The notes beneath the pieces are model-generated. The model searched no databases. It was not told where the DNA came from and saw nothing but the letters and a program-made list of their open reading frames with translations. Positions 21,501 through 27,746 of a stretch of 39,322 nt of DNA are shown here, piece by piece. The DNA comes from Pyrinomonadaceae bacterium (GTDB lineage: Bacteria; Acidobacteriota; Blastocatellia; Pyrinomonadales; Pyrinomonadaceae): the NCBI GenBank assembly GCA_049692915.1, contig JBAVPI010000698.1, positions 1 to 39,322 of the forward strand, given 5' to 3'. The translations under genes were made by a program, and so were the position numbers. Every line of letters starts with the position of its first letter. The stretch's first letter is position 1.

Positions 21501-21726
21501 CGGCACAGAAGGGATCACCGAAATAATTAAAAAAATCGCCCGCTATGTGCCCCATTCCGCCACCTCTAGGGTAAGCTTTATCTGCACGACGAAAGAGCGT
21601 GTGCAGTCGATTATGAAGGCGACGCAGGCAGACTTTATCGACTACGGCGTTTTAGTTGATTTCGCCAGCCTCAGTACACCGGCGTTTATTTCTCGCACCC
21701 GTACTAATAAATATTCATTCTTTTAA
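18529..21726 (+). CDS. Fusion protein: unknown about 470-aa N-domain + TraD/VirD4-type (FtsK/HerA superfamily) P-loop ATPase + C-terminal Replication-relaxation-family (wHTH + PD-(D/E)xK-like) domain
   Basis: Walker A HLYIVGKSGSGKSTL, then VCVIDPHGDL, Walker B RFFVDEFQNF, then ARKYKLSLTVAHQYISQLD and GNVGTMIV. The C-terminus reads ILHFISLAGYLTTAQIIELCY...SPDLLVTF...YWEYDTGTEGITEIIKKIARY. No TM helix is visible. I prefer the ATG at 18529 (MSWLKKLL, with GAAAGG upstream) over the track TTG at 18457. Confidence 0.85.
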   Translation: MSWLKKLLNPNYQQKSQPEPTGSINQAEPEANPDYDLMASVREFEEMERLRQLDDLRAAYGETLIMLIDRHILQRIDRQKIFERLAPPPRNFTDDASSLNVIKVLPPPEATFADMGRFWNNLRVFRQPLSFTLISRPERMFFRLTVPQGCGEAVEEQLAIHFPAAVPLVPSEDERWMPESLYCVNFAPKFSTQFLDHSFVSRDPYAQLFSTLDSRAFNEAVAVQINSCPLPDDALDQLTQVMKWEDPGIPYEVFEPFADGMWSSIMQGGLDEHRRGTREFYEGLIKGIDRSHYEVAAPLRQALWQELARQKKLKEECAEMIKRIERKEPPWVACVNVYCEQIEVARMLQQSFLRQYETTEQRWEEITVTTEHYDPLDHPIFNWSLVSTEELTSLAHFPARGVTSPRLEGASMKSKLPPESFTTGEVQIGVSEARGQVMPVSIPDSVRARHLYIVGKSGSGKSTLITNIAVQDIERGEGVCVIDPHGDLVSDLLDHIPEYRIKDTIYFNVSDRAHPIGLDMMSAKNEAEIEILTDDLITTFRRLTETWGERMETILRYAFNTLLRTPGATFLDLQKLLTNEGWRSTVVRKINFAPLTDFWFNQFANMPKDATQPLLSRMTKIVLSPTLNAIFGQSQNTLNFNDVIRNRKILLINLGGDSRDRNNEQLSVSDEMKKLIGSVVVSQLQLAAMRQASIPEEKRVPCRFFVDEFQNFVSGAFPKILSEARKYKLSLTVAHQYISQLDEATRNAVFGNVGTMIVMPLGQKDASYLGAELGAYKPEDVANLSPERHEALCRPTTMAADTFLFRTLAPAPITQSFAQAVIEHTRAEYSTTDAGEDVLELPAPTLQESAIAKRPMRETEKVFASTVEKILHFISLAGYLTTAQIIELCYSHLAETSKRPAASRDLKKLTDAKKLKSINWGDGKVFYAGGQCNPTAHNVAIRDILIRILQSGYEAAEVNFSSSIGALSPDLLVTFLCEDGSLLPTYWEYDTGTEGITEIIKKIARYVPHSATSRVSFICTTKERVQSIMKATQADFIDYGVLVDFASLSTPAFISRTRTNKYSFF

Positions 21727-21985
21727 GGGCTGCACGTCGCGCAATTATGATCTGTAAACCATTGTTCTTACTATGGTTATTTGATACGGATGTGTTAATT
21801 AGCCGTTAATTGGATTAACAACCTGTTGGGAAGAGGGTTGTGCGCTAATTGCTCTGGCGCTGTCCGGATGCCGCAGGATTTGAGCCAAGGAACTGATATT
21901 ATTTCAGTGCCTCGTTTGCTCGAATCAGAGGAACACGCTTTAACGAGTATAGGCAACACATCCGCCCTTACAAATCCGCCCTCCA

Positions 21986-22975
21986 ATGCAGCTGCGCCTC
22001 CACAAATATAAACGTGATTCGAAAGGGTTGCGCCCGTACACACATGTCAGCCGCATCACCGACCGCGCCCTTGAGATCATTCGGCTCATCGAGCGTTACC
22101 GGTTCTTACCAGCGTCACTGATTGTCAAGTTAGCCGACGGCAATCCGCGTACACACAGCGTCATTTACAAGCGCTCTATCATAAAGAATTGATTAACCGC
22201 TTCGCCTTCCCCCGCGTCGGCAATCCCGGCGAGTTCAATTACTACCTCGACCGCACCCAAGCCCTTGAATTACTCGTCGAGGCCGGATGCGACCGAGACG
22301 CGCTCGATTAGGATTTAGTCAAACGGAACTTTGCTAAGGACTACAGCGCTATCAATCTGAGAACGAACACTGACGATCTATAAGGACGGCTCATGCACCT
22401 TTAGCACGAGCTAATGATTAGCCGCTTTCACGCGATGCTAGAACTCGCCTGCCGCGTCTCTAGAAGCCGCGTCGAGCTGCAAGAATTCAAGCAAGGCCCG
22501 TAGCTATGGAATAGGGTTGAAGTTCCGGTTGTGCGTTTCAGAAATGAAAGGTGGGTTGAGTCTGATGATACTGAGACGCTTCTCCACAGGCCGGATGCAT
22601 TCTTTACGCTGCGCTTTCCGTCAGGAGCAGGGCGAACGGGAGTTGGTACACTTTTTCTACGAGGCCGACCGTAAGCATACCTCAACTCCTAAGCATAACC
22701 GAAAACTCCGGGCCCACTTTGACTACATTGTGAAGCAGCAACTACGTGAGGCTGTGTATGGAGTGAAATATCCACGCCATGCTCATTGCGATGACTGATC
22801 GGTACCGGCAGACAAGCTGCGAGGTGCGGCCAAGGACGTTGCCGTTTCAGGCGGCAAACCCTCTTCCTATTTTGATTCACTATCAAGCAGCTATTCTGCT
22901 AGGCGCAAGTAGTATGAGAGGAAGGACGAATGCGGAACGAATCTCTCTACTTAACAAAGCCCGACATAATTAGGT
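21986..22975 (+). pseudogene. Decayed stand-alone Replication-relaxation-family gene (several frameshifts and in-frame stops)
   Basis: Family-like segments are scattered over three frames. They include RITDRALEIIRLIERYRFLPASLIVKL, then RHLQALYHKELINRFAFPRVGNPGEFNYYLD in another frame, HL*HELMISRFHAMLEL, and RPDAFFTLRF.../ELVHFFYEADRKHTSTPKHNRKLRAHFDY. Reading through requires passing TAG, TAA and TGA stops. Confidence 0.7.
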
Positions 22976-23032
22976 TAAGGCAGTATTGTTGAAGGGGAAG
23001 GAATATCATTTCTGAGCGCGTCAGATGCGTTT

Positions 23033-23225
23033 AACGTGAGTTCGACGTAAGGAATGGGCTAAGTCGTTGAGAACAAACATCTCGTTCTAAAACAGCTAAC
23101 TTCAATGTGCTCAATCATGCTACTGACGGACACTTTCAGCCTGTTTCCGACGATTTAGCGCAGATTTCAAACAGTCTCAGAAATTAGTTGTTGATTCTGT
23201 TCAAGAATTACGTCGAACTCACGTT
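23033..23225. repeat. 193-bp element bounded by perfect 18-bp inverted repeats and flanked by a 6-bp direct repeat (MITE-like; alternatively an invertible segment)
   Basis: AACGTGAGTTCGACGTAA (23033-23050) and its exact reverse complement TTACGTCGAACTCACGTT (23208-23225). GCGTTT lies immediately outside both ends (23027-32 and 23226-31). No ORF lies inside. Confidence 0.5.
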
Positions 23226-23524
23226 GCGTTTAGATACAATCTCAAGCAGTGAGCTTGGTGAGAAGCAAATAGGGTGCCATGATTATAATTGCATCTAAAC
23301 GCAAAAGTTCATTACTGTTATATAAACAAGGCCGGTACCCTTTTATCATCACTACAGTTTATTGACTACCGGTATAAAACTAATAGGTTTTCGGGAGAGA
23401 ATAATTTGTTGACAGGAATTAAGGACACGAGTACCGTATACCTTGAAGTTGGAACAAGGTAATGAGAAAACGGTTCAAATTAGATGACCGTTTGACGCGG
23501 TCAGAGGAGTTTTTCCCGAAATAT

Positions 23525-23560
23525 AAAGCGGGACTGAATATTTATTTCAGTCCCGCTTTT
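23525..23560. terminator. Bidirectional-looking intrinsic terminator hairpin
   Basis: AAAGCGGGACTGAA / loop TATTTAT / TTCAGTCCCGCTTT is a 14-bp perfect stem. The A-tract on the left and T-tract on the right allow function on either strand. Confidence 0.5.
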
Positions 23561-23719
23561 CGCAAATAGGGCTACATTGCGTTTCCGGTTTGGCGCTGAA
23601 TTCGCAACTGCCCACCAAAACAACGCCGTCGTACATTTGAGCCGCGTTTTGCACGCGCGGCCTAATCAATGCCTCTAGCGTTGCCACTTCAACGCGACAC
23701 GCGGGAAAGGAGCCCGAAC

Positions 23720-23926
23720 ATGTCACGCCGAACTCATGAAAATGACGAACCTCGTCAACTGCTTTTGATCGCTTACTGCGCTCGGTGTGGTTGTTTGTTA
23801 CAGCCACCATTTGAGCCTCGCCTGTGCGAGCATTGCTCGAAGTGCAATCCGCACAAAGGCTGGGAACCCTACAATCCCAAAAAGGCTCAACCGACAGACC
23901 ATGAGAAGTATTATTTGGATTGGTAA
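23720..23926 (+). CDS. 68-aa zinc-ribbon mini-protein (hypothetical)
   Basis: AAAGGAG lies 7 nt upstream of the ATG at 23720. MSRRTHENDEPRQLLLIAYCARCGCLLQPPFEPRLCEHCSKC contains CxxC...CxxC. It competes with an antisense 157-aa ORF, which I consider less likely. Confidence 0.45.
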   Translation: MSRRTHENDEPRQLLLIAYCARCGCLLQPPFEPRLCEHCSKCNPHKGWEPYNPKKAQPTDHEKYYLDW

Positions 23927-24242
23927 GCGCGAAAGAGTGTGGCGATGTAAACAATAATGAGGTAGTGGACGTGTGTGAAGATGCAGTTGATGTGTGGCTG
24001 ATCATGGCGCGCATCATCACCAGTGTTTGGAGATTCCTCCTGAACCTTTGTTAGACGCCGTTAAACGGTCGCCCTGTACCATTTTGTCGCAAGTCAGCAC
24101 TTGTGTCAAGTACTTACGCTACCACTATAAGTTGTGGAAGCTAACATAAGTGGAAACTAATAGCAATCAGATTTTTAATCGTAGTTAGGGGGCAACAGGT
24201 TACGAGTGGACTACAGCCACAAGCAGGCCAAAGTGAGGTGCC

Positions 24243-24473
24243 ATGATGACGGAGAAAGAAAGGCTACTTAATCTGTACTTAGAACTTTCACACTCAGCGC
24301 GTGAGAAGGAGTTTTGGACGCCTAAGCAGGTCAGTGTACTTCTAAACAGAACAGACAGTCGCGTGCGCCAGATGGCAGATGAAGATCGCATCCCGTCAAT
24401 CAAGATATTGGGACGGCTATTTGTTCACATGCCTTCGCTGATAGACCGCTTGCACGAAGATGGAAGAGGGTAA
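24243..24473 (+). CDS. Excisionase/AlpA-like helix-turn-helix DNA-binding protein
   Basis: 76 aa. WTPKQVSVLLNRTDSRVRQMADEDRIPSIKILGRLFV follows the Xis/MerR-type HTH_17 pattern. GAGGTG lies upstream of the ATG. Confidence 0.7.
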   Translation: MMTEKERLLNLYLELSHSAREKEFWTPKQVSVLLNRTDSRVRQMADEDRIPSIKILGRLFVHMPSLIDRLHEDGRG

Positions 24474-24616
24474 CCCTGCTCGAAGCGCGGAGAAAACACA
24501 AACAGAGCAAATATTGAAAGAGCCGCAATGTTCGTCAGGACATATTCTTATCATGCGAGTACAGTCGCGCGTGGCGAGCATTACGTTCACCGAATCCAAA
24601 AAGGAGGCACACAGCA

Positions 24617-24751
24617 ATGGCAGATGATTCTGAAACCGAAGGTGGCACCGACGACGGAGGTGACTACGGTGAGCCAGACTCTCCTGTTGAGACAGATACC
24701 GACGCAGACTTGGGCGCGGCAGAAGAACAGGGAAACTTGGGCGACGACTAG
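24617..24751 (+). CDS. 44-aa hyper-acidic peptide (hypothetical)
   Basis: Too short for the track. AAAGGAGG lies 8 nt upstream of the ATG. MADDSETEGGTDDGGDYGEPDSPVETDTDADLGAAEEQGNLGDD* has 11 Asp + 6 Glu and no Lys/Arg/His. A strong terminator follows. Confidence 0.5.
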   Translation: MADDSETEGGTDDGGDYGEPDSPVETDTDADLGAAEEQGNLGDD

Positions 24752-24804
24752 CAGATAGTAATGGTGAAAGTTATAAGTAACTAACATCATTACTACTTGA
24801 TCAG

Positions 24805-24835
24805 AAAACGCGCGGAGGGTTCCGCGCGTTTTTAT
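24805..24835 (+). terminator. Rho-independent terminator
   Basis: AAAACGCGCGGA / loop GGGT / TCCGCGCGTTTT followed by TAT. The 12-bp stem has a built-in U-tract. Confidence 0.7.
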
Positions 24836-24911
24836 GTTTCTGAGGGTGTAAAAGATTTTGTGTAAGTGGTCGTTGAGACTAAACTATTGATTCAATAAAG
24901 TAGTCTCAATA

Positions 24912-25087
24912 CCCATTGATAACAAGCTGATTGATAATCTGCTCAAAGATTATAAAACGCCCGAAGAGATTCTCGGCGACAACGGTCTGCTCAAGCAACT
25001 AACCAAAGCTGTTTTAGAGCGCGATATGCAAGCAGAACTCACGTAGCACCTCGGTTACGAGAAGCATGACGCAGCCGGTGATAATAG
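24912..25087 (+). pseudogene. IS256-family (mutator-type) transposase N-terminal fragment
   Basis: Translation PIDNKLIDNLLKDYKTPEEILGDNGLLKQLTKAVLERDMQAELT*HLGYEKHDAAGDNS matches the conserved N-terminal block of the family (GLLKQLTKxxLExxLxAELTxHLGYEKH). It has an in-frame TAG, and the rest of the gene is absent. Confidence 0.7.
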
Positions 25088-25109
25088 CGTAACTCTCGCA
25101 ACTGCAAAT

Positions 25110-25658
25110 CCCGTCGCCGAGAATGTGTTAGCGCGTCTGTTCCGCGCCACGCGCCTGGATGAGGTCTGGACTACGGACATCACCTACCTCTGGACTTCGG
25201 AAGGATGGTTCTACTTGGTCATCTTTCTTGATTTGTACGCGCGGTTCGTCGTCGGGTGGGCGGTCTCGGAGAGTCTTGAGGTCGGATTCGTCGAGCGGGC
25301 GTTTCTCCAAGGGCAACGACGGCGCGCAGGGGGCGTCTCGCCGCTCATCCATAGTGATCGCGGTTGCCAGTACGTCAGCACAGCCTTCAGAGAAAAGCGC
25401 GTGGCGTGGGGCTGCGCGCAGAGTATGAGCTGCCAGGGCAACTGTTGGGACAATGCGGTGACGGAAAGCTTCTTTGGCATCTTGAAGAGCGAGATGATTC
25501 ATCACGAACACTTTGCGACCAGACAGGAAGCGACGGACAAACTGTTCGATGGCATTGATGTCTTTTACAACCGGATGAGGATTCATTAGGCCACAGAATA
25601 CTTCGCACCGGAGGAGTATGAAGCGCGCTATCAAGCGCACTTGAAACAAGTAGCGTGA
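25110..25658 (+). pseudogene. IS3-family transposase (OrfB, DDE/rve core) C-terminal fragment with a premature stop
   Basis: VWTTDITYLWTSEGWFYLVIFLDLYARFVVGWAV...LIHSDRGCQYVS...GNCWDNAVTESFFGILKSE...FYNRMRIH*ATEYFAPEEYE. The D, D, E residues are present, OrfA and the N-terminal part are missing, and there is an internal TAG at 25587-89. The left boundary is approximate. Confidence 0.8.
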
Positions 25659-25741
25659 GGCTCGAAGAAAGGCTTATCTACCTCTCCACTAAAGGGGGTA
25701 AGATTCAGAGTGCCTCACAGATGACGATTTAGTATTCAGCG

Positions 25742-27253
25742 TTATTCGTAAAGGCGTTCTGCTTCTTTCCCAGCCACTAAGGTTGGATACACTCGTTGCT
25801 GACGATTGTGATAGTTATTCCAGAACGTCGTTGTGAGTAGTTCATCGTTTGTCTGAAGTCGCACCACCGAATCAGTGAGCTTTTCATGCAACTTAAGAAA
25901 GCCCCGACGAGTCTCATGATGTCGAACTTCGTACTCCATCTCATTTGTGAAGATGCGCCGTACTAGTTCGGTTACCTCTTCGATGTTGTCGCTGACGATT
26001 GCTCCCACAGCCACTCCTGAGCGGAAGTCGATTAGACGCGAAAGAGGATGCACATTTCTGTAGAAGCTTGTTTTTACCCCTTTGTCACAATAGAAGATTA
26101 CGGGCTTTCCGAGACTAAGGGCCATAGCTGCCTCGGCGTCTTTGCCATAGCTTTCTTTTTCACCCTCGGTGTAAATTAGTACCTTCGCACATTTCACCAT
26201 TAAGCATTCAATTAGACCCTTGTCCTCGTGGCCTTTTGCCGCACTCATAGTAGGATCGAAGTAGCGCAGATGGAAATCTTTGAGGCGAGGGTCTCCAAAA
26301 ATCTTTTCGCACGCCTCTGCCATATCTCTGAAGTTCTGCCGCTTTCGCATACTGGTCGCAACATACACATCGAGATCGTTCACCATTGAAAGATAGAGCG
26401 CGGTGTTCTTAGTTGCCTTGGACCTAGCCGCTTGAAACCTATTGAATTGCTCATCAAATCGTCGATTCAGTTCCTTCTCGTCAGACAACGTTGTGTCCAA
26501 TACGTCCTCATACGAGAGGAGTAATTGCTCCCGGTTGTTATCCTTAGCAACCCCTTCAAGAAGCTGACGAAATGTTATTGAGGCACCGTGATGCTTCTTC
26601 AGGCCATCGAGCAGGAGATTGCGCGCTTCTTCGCTATCCGCTGGAATCTCGCCAAACGTCTTGCACGCCATTTCGGAGATCAGATAACGATTATCTTTTG
26701 CAATTTCCTCAAGGGGAAGAGCAGGCCCTCGTTGCGAAATCGCTGATGTATCAAAACGCTTTTGCTTGTAGAATGCCGTCAACTCTTCGATAGTTTTTGA
26801 TCGGAGAGCCCGGAACGCTGCCGCCACGTTTCCGAAGTATAAAAGCCCATCTACATACAAGCGATAAAGACCCCAGCGGAGATGATCATGTGATTGCACG
26901 CTTTGATGGCTACCGCGGGTCATCGATTCGACGTAGTAAGGTAAGCGAGCTACATTATAGGTGTGCTCGGGCTGCTCGAGCCAGTAGTACTTAAAAAAAC
27001 CATCAGACATACTCCCCGCATTTGAAAGGACTAACAACTGATTTAGCTGTACCTTTGAAAGCGGCACTTGGTCGAGACGCCTCAGTTGATTAAAGACCTC
27101 ATCCTCCATTTGCTCGTGCACAAAATGGCCAAGTCCCTCGGTGCCAAACCGAAAGCATTCATACTTACCAGCTAAGTCCTTTTTGGATAATTGTTGCATG
27201 TCCACTCTTTGAGCAAGCCTCATTCGGAACCGTTGTTGAGCACCCAAGTTCAA
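25742..27253 (-). CDS. Hypothetical 503-aa protein; unknown N-terminal half, C-terminal half resembling a nucleoside 2-deoxyribosyltransferase-type Rossmann domain
   Basis: The C-terminal half reads DLDVYVATSMRKRQNF...KGLIECLMVKCAKVLIYTEGEKESYGKDAEAAMALSLGKPVIFYC. This fits the layout of that fold: an early beta-strand, an acidic residue after the strand-4 region, then GKPV. The start is uncertain: TTG at 27253, or ATG at 27223 or 27199. A TATAAT lies just upstream on the minus strand. Confidence 0.75.
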   Translation of the reverse strand: MNLGAQQRFRMRLAQRVDMQQLSKKDLAGKYECFRFGTEGLGHFVHEQMEDEVFNQLRRLDQVPLSKVQLNQLLVLSNAGSMSDGFFKYYWLEQPEHTYNVARLPYYVESMTRGSHQSVQSHDHLRWGLYRLYVDGLLYFGNVAAAFRALRSKTIEELTAFYKQKRFDTSAISQRGPALPLEEIAKDNRYLISEMACKTFGEIPADSEEARNLLLDGLKKHHGASITFRQLLEGVAKDNNREQLLLSYEDVLDTTLSDEKELNRRFDEQFNRFQAARSKATKNTALYLSMVNDLDVYVATSMRKRQNFRDMAEACEKIFGDPRLKDFHLRYFDPTMSAAKGHEDKGLIECLMVKCAKVLIYTEGEKESYGKDAEAAMALSLGKPVIFYCDKGVKTSFYRNVHPLSRLIDFRSGVAVGAIVSDNIEEVTELVRRIFTNEMEYEVRHHETRRGFLKLHEKLTDSVVRLQTNDELLTTTFWNNYHNRQQRVYPTLVAGKEAERLYE

Positions 27254-27691
27254 GCGTTTTGATATTATAACTTATGACCCTGCGAAGCTCTACTTCGCTG
27301 ACTTCTCGATGTCGGCGTAGCAGACGCTGCTCTATTACTACGCCGAAGACGAGCGTATCTTGTACTAGGTGGTATGTCTCTTGGCGCAATCCAACATCTG
27401 AGTACTTCTATTTCTAATTTAGCGCAAACTGCATATGCCACCTCTTCATCCTTTGACGAATATTGATTTTAAGCAGCGTAGAATTTATTGTCACCGCTTG
27501 AAGGGTAGCCATTCCGGGCAACATCCGTCAGTTGGCTTTCCAAGCAAACATAATCTTTGATTCGGATATGCGTCTATACAGCCATGTGCATAGACAAAGG
27601 AAGCGTGAGAGTGAAGGTAAAGAAGCAGTGCATATCTGATAACACAAATACAAACGTAAACAGAGGAAAGTAACGTTCCTTCTTTTCAAAT

Positions 27692-27729
27692 AGGAAAAAG
27701 CGCAGCCATCTAAATAAATGGTTGCGCTT
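27692..27729 (-). terminator. Rho-independent terminator of the MTase...DUF932 operon
   Basis: The minus strand reads AAGCGCAACCAT / loop / ATGGCTGCGCTT followed by TTTTTCC (one mismatch in the stem). It begins 18 nt after the DUF932 stop. Confidence 0.55.
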
Positions 27730-27746
27730 AAAGAAGGGAAGCGTTC

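Noticed and set aside
21986-22975. Idea that the in-frame TAG/TGA/TAA codons reflect stop-codon reassignment or programmed recoding
   Set aside because: All three stop codons are involved, and several frameshifts are also needed. Every other gene in the window terminates normally with these codons. Pseudogene decay is the simpler explanation.
23547-24020. 157-aa minus-strand ORF (MMMRAMISHTSTASSHTSTTS...)
   Set aside because: It has a low-complexity Ser/Thr/His N-terminus, and the nearest SD is 15 nt from the first ATG. It overlaps a plus-strand zinc-ribbon ORF that has a near-ideal SD. I cannot fully exclude it, since its stop lies in the 23525-59 hairpin.
24912-25658. IS256 and IS3 fragments being in the same frame, suggesting a functional chimeric transposase
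   Set aside because: The joint lacks the IS256 catalytic region and the IS3 OrfA/N-terminal part. There are two in-frame TAG stops and no identifiable terminal inverted repeats.
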